The notes: generated from the letters alone by a model not told the origin. 64,000 nucleotides of DNA from Gemmatimonadaceae bacterium (GCA_044224875.1 JBGAJQ010000015.1:1-64000); one strand, 5' to 3'. Numbered from the stretch's first letter, positions 27,281-37,503 are shown. Numbers and translations are program-made.

Positions 27281-30200
27281 ATGATGAACCCTGCCGCGGT
27301 TGCCCGCTGGGATGTGCCGTCCGCCGAGGTCCTGTTGCGCCATCGGCGTGAGCCGTTTCCGCTGGGCCTGCGCGCCTCCGAGGCCCAGCGCACGTTCTTT
27401 CGCGACGTCTTCTACGACACCCCCGACCAGAGCCTGCGCGCCCGGAGTGTGACCTGCCGCCTACGGCACCAGGCGGACGGTATCGTGCAGCTGACGGTGT
27501 CGTTCCTGGACGAGCGAGGTTCGGAAGTCGATCGCCTTCGGGCCGAGGCGACGGGGTCCAGCACCGATATCCCCGGCCTGCTGACGGGGGCCAACCCGGC
27601 GGCCCACTTGTTGTCGTCCATCATCAATCCCGCATCGCTCAGCGCACAGCTCGAACTCGAGGTCGAACGACATACGCGAGAAGCCGGTGGCCGCTGGTGG
27701 TGGGACGCGCGCTATTCGGTGGCGTACGACAGCGTGACGGTGCGGGCCGCGGGCATTGCCCACACATTCCACGAGATCTTGCTGTACCGTCGCCGAAACG
27801 GACGGCCGTCGGGCGAGCAGGTCGCCAACGCCTTGGCTCAGCAGCTCTCCCTGCGCACGGTGACCGTGGACCGTCGCGAGCGCGGCGAGCAACTGCGTCT
27901 GGCGTCAGAGAGCGAGGCCCTGGCGCGCAAGGTGGGGCAGGGGCGTTGGGTGGTCATTGCGGCGCTCGATGGAGCGCACATCGCCTCGCTGACATCCCCT
28001 GGCACGAAGCGCCTGCCGAGTGCGGAAGGAAGTGGTGAGGAGGCCTGTCGGCACCTGCTCCGTCGCACCCTTGGCAGTGCTGTAGGGGACCTGAGGCTTC
28101 TCACAACCGTCAACGGCGAGGGCCGGCTGGCGACGTTGGAGCTGTGGATCTGCACCCATGCCGATCGCTCGGCGAAAGCCAGCGAAGGGTTGGTCTGGCT
28201 GCCCATCGAGCAGATGTTGGCGCGGATTGGGTCATCGGAGATTTCGGACCCGCCGACGCTCGCTGCGCTGACGACGCTGGCACGATCGCCGGTCTTGCGA
28301 CAACTCGTCGCGCGGCCGTCCGCCGATGGCGTCGAGGCCAGACGACAGGAGCGTCATACGCCGGCGGCGGCGTGGACGCCTGACGAACACGGCCCGAGAC
28401 TCAACGCCGAAGAGAGTCTCATCGCATTCAACGCGCGGGTGCTGGCGTTGGCCGAGGATCCGGCGGTGCCATTGCTGGAGCGACTGCGCTTCCTGGCGAT
28501 CGTGTCGTCGAACATGGACGAATTCTTCGCAGTTCAAGCTGGCGGGTTAAAGTACGACGGCGGTGACGCAGGGGAGGAATCGGACGCGACCAGGAGCGCG
28601 CAGTCCCGGTTGCTGAACGCTGCCCGCCATGCACGCGCCCTGACCGAACGGCAGTGCCAGACGGCCACGCGGTGTCTCGCCGAACTCCCGGGTGCTGGGA
28701 TCCACGTGCGTGGGATGAACGAAGTGACGGCGGCGCAACGTGAGCAGTTGAACGCCTACTTTCGGAGCGTGGTGCTGCCGTACCTGACGCCACGTGCGAT
28801 AACTGCCACCCCGGGGCATTCGCTGCCGGTGGTCGCCGACCGCGCCATGTGCTTCGCGGTGGCCTTGCGTGAAGGGAGTGACGGCCCATTGCACCTGGCG
28901 GAAATGACGTTGCCGGCGGCCGTACCACGCTTCGTGCCGCTTTCGGATCGCATGGAGTTCGTCAGGGTCGAGGACCTGATTCGGCAGGAACTCGGGCGCG
29001 TGTACCCCGGCCGTCGCGTGGTCGAGGCGGCACTCTTTCGCGTGACACGTTTTGCCGATCTCGGTGTGGATGAAGGGCGCGCAGGCGACTTGCGACAGGC
29101 AGTACAGGAACACGCCGAGCGACGGCGACACCGACCGATTGTTCGCATCGAAGTCGCGCAGGAGATGTCGGGATCCGTTCGCGGACTGCTATTGCGTGAG
29201 CTGCTGCTCGAGCCGGGCGTCGGCGCGGGGAGCCTGACAAGCGACGACCTCTACGACGTGCCGGGCATGATGGATCTGGAGGGCCTGAAGCAGCTGGCGG
29301 ACCTGCCCCAGCCCGCTCTCGCCTTTCCGCAGGTGCTTCCGGCGGCTCCGTTCGCCGACGTTTCGTCGCTGTGGGACGCGATCAAGGAACGGGACCTCAT
29401 GGTCCACCACCCGTATGAGGATTTCTCGAGTACGGTGGTTCGCTTCTTCAACGATGCCGCCGACGATCCTGATGTACCCGTGATCAAGGCGACGCTGTAC
29501 CGGTCGGGCGAGCGGTCAGCGATTGTCGATGCACTGCGGCGTGCCGCCGCCGCTGGTAAGGACGTGACGGTGTTTGTGGAATTGAAGGCGCGCTTCGACG
29601 AGGCGCGCAATGTCCAATGGACCAGACGCCTCGAGGCCGATGGCGTGCATGTGGTGCAGGGCCTTCCCGGATACAAGAATCACGCGAAAGTCGCGCTCGT
29701 TATGCGCCAGGAGGCGGGCCGACCGCAGCGCTACGTCCACGTCGGTACGGGGAACTACAACGCGGGAACGGCGCGCGTCTACACCGACCTGGGGTTGTTC
29801 ACCGCGCGTCCCGAGATCTGTGACGATATCACGGACCTGTTCAACACGCTTACCGGGAGCTCTTCACCGACCGCGGTCGCGTACAGGGAGTGCCTCGTGG
29901 CACCGCATGGATTGCTGCCGGGCGTGCTCTCACGCATCGCTCGCGAGGCCGCGCACGCAAAGGCCGGTCGCGAGGCACGCATTCGCATGAAAGTGAACGG
30001 ACTTTCGGACGTTGAGGTCATCGACGCGCTCTACAGCGCCGCCAAGGTTGGCGTATTCATTGACCTGGTGGTGCGAGGTATCTGCACCCTTTCGACATCT
30101 GTATCTGAGCGCATTCGGGTCGTGAGTTTGCTCGGTCGGTTCTTGGAGCACGCGCGTATCTACACGTTCGCGAACGATGGGGACCCCGAGTACTTCATCG

Positions 30201-30445
30201 GGTCGGCAGACCTTCGGCCGCGCAACCTGCGTCGTCGGGTCGAAGTGCTGGCGCCCGTGCACGACCCCGTACTGCGCCAACGACTGGACGAAGTGCTGGA
30301 TGTGGAGCTGTCGGATCCCGCGGCGTGGGACCTCACACCGGACGGCAAGTACGTCAGGCGTGGAGCAGGACTCGGTGACCCGCGAAGTGCCCAGACCCGC
30401 TTTGGCCAGTACGCCCCGGTTACGACGGACGCGAGTCGCGTATGA
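27281..30445 (+). CDS. ppk1: polyphosphate kinase 1 with N-terminal CYTH-like and degenerate NUDIX-like extensions
   Basis: FNARVL, PLLERLRFLAIVSSNMDEFF, HHPYEDF, ELKARFDEARN, KNHAK, HVGTGNYN, RFLEHAR, GSAD..RNL.RRVE; N-term FYDTPDQSL....CRLR. Confidence 0.92.
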   Translation: MMNPAAVARWDVPSAEVLLRHRREPFPLGLRASEAQRTFFRDVFYDTPDQSLRARSVTCRLRHQADGIVQLTVSFLDERGSEVDRLRAEATGSSTDIPGLLTGANPAAHLLSSIINPASLSAQLELEVERHTREAGGRWWWDARYSVAYDSVTVRAAGIAHTFHEILLYRRRNGRPSGEQVANALAQQLSLRTVTVDRRERGEQLRLASESEALARKVGQGRWVVIAALDGAHIASLTSPGTKRLPSAEGSGEEACRHLLRRTLGSAVGDLRLLTTVNGEGRLATLELWICTHADRSAKASEGLVWLPIEQMLARIGSSEISDPPTLAALTTLARSPVLRQLVARPSADGVEARRQERHTPAAAWTPDEHGPRLNAEESLIAFNARVLALAEDPAVPLLERLRFLAIVSSNMDEFFAVQAGGLKYDGGDAGEESDATRSAQSRLLNAARHARALTERQCQTATRCLAELPGAGIHVRGMNEVTAAQREQLNAYFRSVVLPYLTPRAITATPGHSLPVVADRAMCFAVALREGSDGPLHLAEMTLPAAVPRFVPLSDRMEFVRVEDLIRQELGRVYPGRRVVEAALFRVTRFADLGVDEGRAGDLRQAVQEHAERRRHRPIVRIEVAQEMSGSVRGLLLRELLLEPGVGAGSLTSDDLYDVPGMMDLEGLKQLADLPQPALAFPQVLPAAPFADVSSLWDAIKERDLMVHHPYEDFSSTVVRFFNDAADDPDVPVIKATLYRSGERSAIVDALRRAAAAGKDVTVFVELKARFDEARNVQWTRRLEADGVHVVQGLPGYKNHAKVALVMRQEAGRPQRYVHVGTGNYNAGTARVYTDLGLFTARPEICDDITDLFNTLTGSSSPTAVAYRECLVAPHGLLPGVLSRIAREAAHAKAGREARIRMKVNGLSDVEVIDALYSAAKVGVFIDLVVRGICTLSTSVSERIRVVSLLGRFLEHARIYTFANDGDPEYFIGSADLRPRNLRRRVEVLAPVHDPVLRQRLDEVLDVELSDPAAWDLTPDGKYVRRGAGLGDPRSAQTRFGQYAPVTTDASRV

Positions 30446-31356
30446 CATGGCTACGAGCGCTGCACCGACCCTGCCGTCCACTGCGCCGGCGAGCGATCCG
30501 CGGCAGTCTGGCTGCGTTGTTGCTGTCGGCCGTGAGTGGGGCGCAGCGCCCCGCAGGTTCGCCGAAGGCCGAGACAGCGCTGGAACGATTCGACCTGCGA
30601 CGCCCGACCGCCCGTCACGCACTGCCGCACGGCTTGCGCGAGATCTCGGGATTGGCAGTCACCCCAGATGGAAGGGTGTTCACGCATAACGACGAGCACG
30701 CCGTGGTTTCGGAAATCGAGCCATGTACGGGCCGTGTGGTGAAGTCGTTCGCCCTTGGGACACCTCCGTTACGCGCGGACTTGGAGGGCATCGCCGTGGC
30801 CGGCGATCGCATGTTCATGGTGACGAGCACCGGGATCCTGCTGCAATTCAAGGAAGGTGCGAACGGAGCGACGGTCCCCTTCACCTCGATCGATACAGGG
30901 TTCGGGCGGGCGTGCGAGCTCGAGGGGCTGGCGTTTGAGCCGGCGGATCGGTCGCTGTTGTTTGGATGCAAAGAACCAAGACAAGCGGTGCGTCACCCAC
31001 CCGTGTTGCTTTGGCGCTGGTCGGTGGATCGTAACGCGCCGGCCAACCCAGACCGGGTCACTATCGTCAGGGCGCCACTGGTCGAGGCGATCGGCAGCAA
31101 GTCATTCCGGACGGCGAGCTTGGAACGCGACCCGCGCACCGGACACTACCTGATGGTTGCCGGGCCGGAACGCGTATTGGCCGAAGTCACCACCGCCGGC
31201 GAGGTACTGGCGACCGCCAAGCTGCGACCAGACGTGCATCGGCGGCCGGAGGGATTGACGCTGCTTGGTGACTCGGTGCTCGTGATTGCGGATGAAGGCG
31301 GGAACGGGCGAGGCACCATCGCCTGCTACCGCAGCACCACACTCAAGAAGCGTTAG
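30442..31356 (+). CDS. SdiA-regulated/YjiK-like secreted beta-propeller protein
   Basis: Signal peptide; LREISGLA, HNDE, DLEGIA, ELEGLA, PEGLT, IADEG. Confidence 0.8.
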   Translation: MTWLRALHRPCRPLRRRAIRGSLAALLLSAVSGAQRPAGSPKAETALERFDLRRPTARHALPHGLREISGLAVTPDGRVFTHNDEHAVVSEIEPCTGRVVKSFALGTPPLRADLEGIAVAGDRMFMVTSTGILLQFKEGANGATVPFTSIDTGFGRACELEGLAFEPADRSLLFGCKEPRQAVRHPPVLLWRWSVDRNAPANPDRVTIVRAPLVEAIGSKSFRTASLERDPRTGHYLMVAGPERVLAEVTTAGEVLATAKLRPDVHRRPEGLTLLGDSVLVIADEGGNGRGTIACYRSTTLKKR

Positions 31357-33981
31357 GTGTTCGCGATGGGGTCGCATTCGTTTCCCTCTTGGGCAAGGCG
31401 TACTACGAAGCTCGTAGGGACCGCCCTTACGATCGGCGCATGGCTCGGCGGGTTCAATTCAGCCATGGCGCAGACGTCGGTCTCGGATTCGGCGCAGACG
31501 GTTGTCCGGACACCCGGGGCGAGGTACGGCGCGGGGTGGCTGCGACGCGCCATCCTGGGTGAGGACTACCGCGCCTTGTGGACGTCGCCCATTGAAGTAG
31601 AGGTGCTCAACCTTCGCTCCGTCGCGGGCGGCCTGCGACCCACGCAGCGCGGCGGCAGCATGCAGACGAACTCGTTGCGGTTTGCTGGAGCTGACGGCCG
31701 CGAGTACGTCTTCCGGCCGCTCGAAAAGGACTTCTCCAAGGGCTTGCCTCCCGAATTGCGGGAGACACTCGTGCGGGACATCGCCCAGGATCAAGTAGTG
31801 GGATATCACCCCGGCGCTCCGTTGGTGGTGTCGAGCCTGTTGGATGCCACCGGGCTGCATCATCCGCAGCCACGGCTGGTAGTGATGCCCGATGACTCTC
31901 TACTCTTGGAGTTCCGTGCGGAGTTCCGCGGCGTCCTCGGCACGTTTGAAGAACGACCAGGCCGCGACTTCGATGACACCCCCGAGACACTCGGCGCGAT
32001 CGATGTCATCAGCTCGGAGCGACTGTTTGAACGCATGAGGAAGAGTTCCTCGAATGTGCCCGATACGCGCGCCTATCTCGCCGCGCGACTGCTCGACATC
32101 CTCGTTGGCGATCGCGATCGCCATCGCGATCAATGGCGGTGGGGCCGCTTCTCGTCTCGCGACGGTGCGTTATGGGAGCCGATCCCGCGCGACCGGGACA
32201 TGCCCTTTGCCAAGTTCGAAGGACTTGGCCCATGGGTGATCCGCGGCATCGTGCCGCAACTGGTGACGTTTGGGAGCACGTACCCGGACATGGTATGGCT
32301 GAACTGGAATGCAAGGGAGATCGACCGGCGGCTCCTGAGTAGTCTCGAGTGGAGTGCCTGGGACTCCGCGGTCACACGTCTACAGTCGCAGCTGACGGAT
32401 TCGGTCATCGACGCGGCGCTCGCGCGCATGCCGCGCCCCTTCGTTGAACGGAACGCCCCTGAACTTCGGTCCGCCCTCATTGCACGGCGGTCGCACCTGC
32501 GCGATGCGGCCGCGTCGTACTACGCAATCCTCGCGCGTGAGCCCGATCTTGCCGGAACCGACGGCCCCGATTCGGTGACGGTGGAGCGACGGACGGATGG
32601 AACGCTTGACGTTGCCCTGTATGCTGTCGCTCGCGAGGGGCGCCGGGGAGCAGATGCGCCTTATCTCGCGAGGACGTTCCATCCGAGGGAGACCAAGGAG
32701 GTTCGCTTGTTCCTCCACGGCGGCGATGATCGAGTGGTCATTCGCGGGGCATCGGCTCGCGGCGGTATTCGCGTCCGTTCGCTTACGGGCGACGGTGACG
32801 ACCGGGTAGTCGACGCGCTGGCCGGCGGCGATCGCGCAATCGCACTCTACGACTCTTCCGGCACGGACAGCATTTCGAGCGAAGGGAAGCACACGATTGA
32901 CCGGACGCCATATCGTCCGCCTCCGGTGCCACGTCCAGAGAACGCCATCCGAGATTGGGGAAGCTGGAACTACACCATGCGGGGGGTCAGCTTCGCGCCG
33001 AGCCTCGGCGTAGTCGGCTCGCTCATCCACGTGCGGAACGCCTACGGCTTTCGGAAGAACCCTTTCGCATCGCGTTCGACGTACCGCCTGGACTTCTCGC
33101 TCGGCGAACGACGGCCGCGCTTGACGTACGACGGCACCTTCAATTCAATGAACTCGCCGCGCTCCGTCGGGCTCGAAGTGATGGCGTCTGGAATCGAGGT
33201 CATTCGCTTCCACGGGCTCGGCAACGAGACGCCCGCCGAGGACCCGACTTCCTACTATCGCGTGTTCCAGAACCTATTCCGGATAGCACCGGAATGGCGT
33301 GCTCCGCTGTCGCCTGCCGTCTCCATCTCGTTAGGTGCGGTAGGCCAGTACACGACGACACGCGACGACGCCCGGACATTGGTGGCCGAAACGGCTCCAT
33401 ATGGTAGCGGCACATTCGGGCAGGTTGGCGGACGCGTCGGCGTGTCGATCGACCGGCGCGACTCTCCCACTGCACCTACTCGCGGATTCCGATTGTCGCT
33501 GGACGCGGCGGCTTATCCGTCGCTGTGGAGCGTGGATAAGCCCTTTGCGAAGGGGAGTGCGGCGGCGTCGGCATACGTCAGCGCGGCGGGACCGGTTCGT
33601 CCAACGTTGGCCCTTCGCGCGGGCGCCGAGCACCTGTGGGGGACTTTTCCCTTTCAGGAGTCGGCGTTTCTCGGCGGAGCCGGAACACTGCGTGGGTGGG
33701 ACGTTCAGCGTTTTGCTGGGCGCACCGCGCTCTACGGCAGTGCCGAGCTGCGGCTCTTTCTGCGAAAGGTTTCGATCGTTGTACCTGCCGATATGGGAGT
33801 GTTAGGATTCGCCGATGTCGGACGCGTGCGCGCGGATAACGAGCAGTCCAATACGTGGCACCAGGGATTCGGGGGCGGCGTGTGGCTCGCTCCCCTCATG
33901 CGGAACTACACCGTGAGTGCGTCGATTGCGCGCGGGCGCGAGCGAACGGGGTTCTATTTCGCCAGCGGCTTCACCTTCTAG
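31357..33981 (+). CDS. Omp85/BamA-TamA family outer membrane protein with N-terminal kinase-like domain
   Basis: GGSMQTNSLR, DILVGDRDRHRDQWRW, PIPRDRD; barrel motifs LGGAGTLRGW..RFAG, FADVGRV, terminal GFTF. Confidence 0.8.
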   Translation: MFAMGSHSFPSWARRTTKLVGTALTIGAWLGGFNSAMAQTSVSDSAQTVVRTPGARYGAGWLRRAILGEDYRALWTSPIEVEVLNLRSVAGGLRPTQRGGSMQTNSLRFAGADGREYVFRPLEKDFSKGLPPELRETLVRDIAQDQVVGYHPGAPLVVSSLLDATGLHHPQPRLVVMPDDSLLLEFRAEFRGVLGTFEERPGRDFDDTPETLGAIDVISSERLFERMRKSSSNVPDTRAYLAARLLDILVGDRDRHRDQWRWGRFSSRDGALWEPIPRDRDMPFAKFEGLGPWVIRGIVPQLVTFGSTYPDMVWLNWNAREIDRRLLSSLEWSAWDSAVTRLQSQLTDSVIDAALARMPRPFVERNAPELRSALIARRSHLRDAAASYYAILAREPDLAGTDGPDSVTVERRTDGTLDVALYAVAREGRRGADAPYLARTFHPRETKEVRLFLHGGDDRVVIRGASARGGIRVRSLTGDGDDRVVDALAGGDRAIALYDSSGTDSISSEGKHTIDRTPYRPPPVPRPENAIRDWGSWNYTMRGVSFAPSLGVVGSLIHVRNAYGFRKNPFASRSTYRLDFSLGERRPRLTYDGTFNSMNSPRSVGLEVMASGIEVIRFHGLGNETPAEDPTSYYRVFQNLFRIAPEWRAPLSPAVSISLGAVGQYTTTRDDARTLVAETAPYGSGTFGQVGGRVGVSIDRRDSPTAPTRGFRLSLDAAAYPSLWSVDKPFAKGSAAASAYVSAAGPVRPTLALRAGAEHLWGTFPFQESAFLGGAGTLRGWDVQRFAGRTALYGSAELRLFLRKVSIVVPADMGVLGFADVGRVRADNEQSNTWHQGFGGGVWLAPLMRNYTVSASIARGRERTGFYFASGFTF

Positions 33982-34180
33982 CGCGCTGCCGGCACCTGGG
34001 CGTGGGCGAAGCTCATGGCAGGCCGTTCATAGGAAGCTGCTCGGTATGCAGGAACCTCGCGCGCGACGCTGCCGAGCTACCATCTGGGCGCAGGGTGTTG
34101 ACTCGATTGTTGGCTACTTTCGCACGGTGAATGGGCCGCGATATCAGTGCCAGGGGTGCAGGCTCGCGAAAGCGGCGAGC

Positions 34181-34774
34181 CTACATCTTCTCCGACAACA
34201 TGATGTGCGCCTTGGGTGTGCCGGGGAACATCAGCCACGGTCCGGCCTTCTGCGGCTTGGTCGTGAGGCCCGTTGTTTGTTCCGTCGCGTAGGGGATGTA
34301 TACGACGAACAAGGCATCGCCGCCGGTGACCACTCCAGTGGCCGGATTGAAGGCCTCGTCAGGTGCAAAGACTTGGTACAACGTCGCGGGCTGCGTCGGC
34401 ATCTTGATCTTTCCTGACTTGGCCTCGGCGAACCTGACGGTATCCACCTGGTCTCCCTTCACCCCCTGGGCGCGCAGTTCCCGGCCACGCGCCATGAACG
34501 GCTCCATGGACTCGTGATAGCACGCGGGATGAAATCCCTTGATCCGAGGGTCGTCGGCCAGGCAGATCATCCCGTTCGTTCCAGTTCGCAGCGAGACCAA
34601 CTTCATCGAGGCGTCGTATCCAAGGACGGCTGCCGTCGCGCGCATGCTGGCGGGGAGTGGTGCCACGGCCCCGGCGATCTGCACATCCTTTGGGGGAGGC
34701 GCGGACTGAGCACGAGCCATTAAAGGCACCGCGACGATCGCTGGAATAAGCAGGGTTGGGATGAGTCTGCGCAT
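34181..34774 (-). CDS. conserved hypothetical secreted protein
   Basis: Signal peptide (..ARAQ); GTNGMICLAD, ACYH, GPWLMFPGTPKAHIM. Confidence 0.75.
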   Translation of the reverse strand: MRRLIPTLLIPAIVAVPLMARAQSAPPPKDVQIAGAVAPLPASMRATAAVLGYDASMKLVSLRTGTNGMICLADDPRIKGFHPACYHESMEPFMARGRELRAQGVKGDQVDTVRFAEAKSGKIKMPTQPATLYQVFAPDEAFNPATGVVTGGDALFVVYIPYATEQTTGLTTKPQKAGPWLMFPGTPKAHIMLSEKM

Positions 34775-34905
34775 AGCGGGAATCTCAGGGTGTTGGCCAG
34801 GGGCGAGCTGCACCATGATACGATGCGGGCACGAGCGGCGATACGGGTTGGAGCGGGAAGTGGCGCGAGGCTACGTTTCCGGGAAGCGCTCACCCGAGGC
34901 CGGAC

Positions 34906-36285
34906 GTGGAACTGCACGAGCTCGAGATCATGGAGGTGGCGGCTCTGCTTCGGAAGCGAGCCGTGTCGCCAACGGAGTTGCTCGCGCACATGCGGGCGCG
35001 CATCCAGCGCCTGAATCCGTTGTTGAACGCGTACCTGTCGCTTCGTCAGGACGCGGATCGCGACGCCGAGCGTGCCGAACGGGCCCTGCGATCGCGGCGA
35101 CCCGTTCATTCGCTGTGCGGGGTGCCGATCTCCATCAAGGACCTCATCCTCTCGAGCGATCAACTCACCACCGCGGGCTCCCGCTGTTTTGGAGATGGCC
35201 TGCGCAGCGACCACGATGCACCGGTCATCCGCCGGCTGCGCCGCACAGGCGCGGTGATTGTCGGCCGAGTGAATCTCCACGAGATAGCGTTAGGCGTCAC
35301 GTCGGTGAACGAGCACTTTGGGCCCGCGCGGAATCCTTGGAACACCGGCCACGTGGCGGGTGGCTCGAGCGGCGGGTCGGCGGTTGCGGTGGCCGGTGGG
35401 TTGTGTACGGCCTCTGTGGGAACCGATACCCGTGGGTCCATCCGGATCCCGGCGGCGTGCTGTGGAACGGTCGGACTCAAACCCACCAGGGCCTTGGTCT
35501 CGACAACAGACGTGGTCCCCCTCAGTCCAACGCTCGATACGGTCGGACCCATCACGCGATCGGTGACCGACGCGGCCGTCATGCTCGGTGGGATGGCTGG
35601 CACGGGAGAACAGATCGAAGGGTGGATGCGGTCGACACGCAAGCGCGCATCGGCGCTCCGCATCGCTGTCTCCGAGTACCACGTGCGGGACCTCGATCGC
35701 GAGGTGCAACGTGCTATCGACGGCGCCCTGCGTGTGCTTCGCAAACTGACCGGCAAGATCCGCGAGGTCCGGATTCCTGGAATCGACGACGTACAAGCAG
35801 CGTCCGTCGTGATCACCGCGTCGGAGGCGTTCGCGTACCACCAATCGACCCTGGAGCGGGACCCAGGCGCCTTCGGCCCCTTGGTATGCCAGCGACTCGA
35901 GGGGGGATCGGCATGGAAGGCTGTGGACTACCTCCACGCGATGCACACGCGACGGAGGTTCGAAGCGACCATGCGCGCGACGTTCGAGGATGTGGATGTG
36001 CTGGTGGGGGCAACGATCCCAGCACTCCCTCCACAGATCGGAGCGCACGCCGTGCAGATCAATGGGCGAGACGCGCACACGGTGGATGCCTTCACGCGCG
36101 CCAACTCACCGCAGAACATGGCGGGCAATCCCGCGCTCTCGTTGCCCATCGGCTTTAGCGCCTCTGGCCTGCCACTAGCCTTGCAGCTGATCGCCGACCA
36201 AGGGAAGGAAGCCCACCTGTTCACCGTCGGAAGCGCCTTTCAACGCGAGACGGACTGGCATCGTCGCCGGCCGCTGCTCGGCTAA
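34906..36285 (+). CDS. amidase (amidase signature family, GatA-like)
   Basis: GVPISIKD, NPWN..HVAGGSSGGSA, GTDTRGSIRIPA..CG.VGLKPT. Confidence 0.92.
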   Translation: MELHELEIMEVAALLRKRAVSPTELLAHMRARIQRLNPLLNAYLSLRQDADRDAERAERALRSRRPVHSLCGVPISIKDLILSSDQLTTAGSRCFGDGLRSDHDAPVIRRLRRTGAVIVGRVNLHEIALGVTSVNEHFGPARNPWNTGHVAGGSSGGSAVAVAGGLCTASVGTDTRGSIRIPAACCGTVGLKPTRALVSTTDVVPLSPTLDTVGPITRSVTDAAVMLGGMAGTGEQIEGWMRSTRKRASALRIAVSEYHVRDLDREVQRAIDGALRVLRKLTGKIREVRIPGIDDVQAASVVITASEAFAYHQSTLERDPGAFGPLVCQRLEGGSAWKAVDYLHAMHTRRRFEATMRATFEDVDVLVGATIPALPPQIGAHAVQINGRDAHTVDAFTRANSPQNMAGNPALSLPIGFSASGLPLALQLIADQGKEAHLFTVGSAFQRETDWHRRRPLLG

Positions 36286-36426
36286 GCCCCTCCGTGGATC
36301 GTGAGGCGCAAATGCGGTGTCATGACTTGAAGCTGGGCTCGCATAGATTTCATTTCGCAGCAGCCGGTTGAATGCACGCTCCTTTCGTGAGGAGGTTGGG
36401 TTCGTGACGACTTCAAGCCGCTGACG

Positions 36427-36705
36427 ATGGCGACACCCCTTTCGGACATCGAGATCCACCGCCAGCTCGCCGGGCTCCAGGGCTGGGCGCGCCGTGGAAA
36501 TGAGATCGTACGCACCTTCGAGTTTTCATCGTTCGGGCTGGCGATCGCGTTCGTGGATCGCATCGCACCTATCGCCGACGCGCACAACCACCATCCTGAT
36601 ATCGATATTCGCTACAACAAGGTGGTCGTGCACCTCTCCACGCACGATGCGGGTGGCATAACAGGGAACGACTTCCGGCTCGCGCAGGCCATCGACGCGG
36701 CCTGA
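36427..36705 (+). CDS. phhB: pterin-4-alpha-carbinolamine dehydratase
   Basis: NHHPDIDIRYNKV...LSTHDAGGIT..D..LA..ID. Confidence 0.92.
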   Translation: MATPLSDIEIHRQLAGLQGWARRGNEIVRTFEFSSFGLAIAFVDRIAPIADAHNHHPDIDIRYNKVVVHLSTHDAGGITGNDFRLAQAIDAA

Positions 36706-36713
36706 CTCACCGG

Positions 36714-36749
36714 AAAAGAAAGAGGGCGCCGACAACCATCGGCGCCCTC
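36714..36749 (-). terminator. intrinsic terminator between convergent phhB and BI-1 genes
   Basis: GAGGGCGCCGA-N6-TCGGCGCCCTC with AAAAGAAA on its left (U-tract on the minus strand). Confidence 0.75.
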
Positions 36750-36772
36750 CTGCATTTCCGTAGATCAGTTGC

Positions 36773-37450
36773 TTAGCGACGTCGTCCGCCTAACAGCGAA
36801 AGAATCGCCATGAACATGTTCAGTAGGTCCAGGTAGATCGTGACCGCAGCGCGCACATAGTCATTCGGTCCAAACACGTTGCGCAGGCGCCAGGTATCGA
36901 AGATCAGCAGGCCGCTGAACACGACAACGGCGGCACCGGCAATCCATAGGGAAGCCGTGTCATTGCGGAAGAACAAATTGAGCAATGATGTGGCGATCAG
37001 CACCCACAGGCCGACGACGAAGAAGCTGCCCCAGGCGCTGAAGTCGCGCTTGCTGATCCATGCAAAGGCCGTGAGCACCGCAAAGGCGCTCGCCGTCAGC
37101 AGGCCAGCTTGACCAACCACACCCGGCTGCGTCTGCCCCATCACATAGATCACGGGAGAGATTGCCACGCCTTCGACGAACGTGAACAAAAAGACCAGGC
37201 CCAGATTGGCCGGGAAGGCATCTCGAAAACTCATCGCGGCAAAAAGCGGCGCGATGGTCAGCAGCATCGTGATGAAGGGATGCCGCGCTACGGCGGACAT
37301 GATGGCCGGCTGGCTCATTCCGAACGCCGTGCCGGCGATCGTGACGAGCACGCTCGCAAAGACCAACGTGTAGGTCCGGCGAACCAGGGTCGCTCGCTCG
37401 GATCCGGTGCGAACGACGGCACTGTCCATCGTGCGGTAAGACACACCCAT
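36773..37450 (-). CDS. Bax inhibitor-1/YccA family membrane protein
   Basis: LVRRTY, FTFVEG..ISP, KRDFS, FSGLLIFDT, IYLDLLNMF. Confidence 0.9.
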   Translation of the reverse strand: MGVSYRTMDSAVVRTGSERATLVRRTYTLVFASVLVTIAGTAFGMSQPAIMSAVARHPFITMLLTIAPLFAAMSFRDAFPANLGLVFLFTFVEGVAISPVIYVMGQTQPGVVGQAGLLTASAFAVLTAFAWISKRDFSAWGSFFVVGLWVLIATSLLNLFFRNDTASLWIAGAAVVVFSGLLIFDTWRLRNVFGPNDYVRAAVTIYLDLLNMFMAILSLLGGRRR

Positions 37451-37503
37451 TGAATCAGACTCCGTAGTAACGGGTTGACTCAAATATACTGGGTTGTGGA
37501 TGT

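Noticed and set aside
34761..36158. Long alternative-frame and antisense ORFs (e.g. 465 aa here, 61791-63038, 23420-24532, 51562-52662)
   Set aside because: Shadow ORFs expected in high-GC DNA overlapping well-supported genes; no motifs
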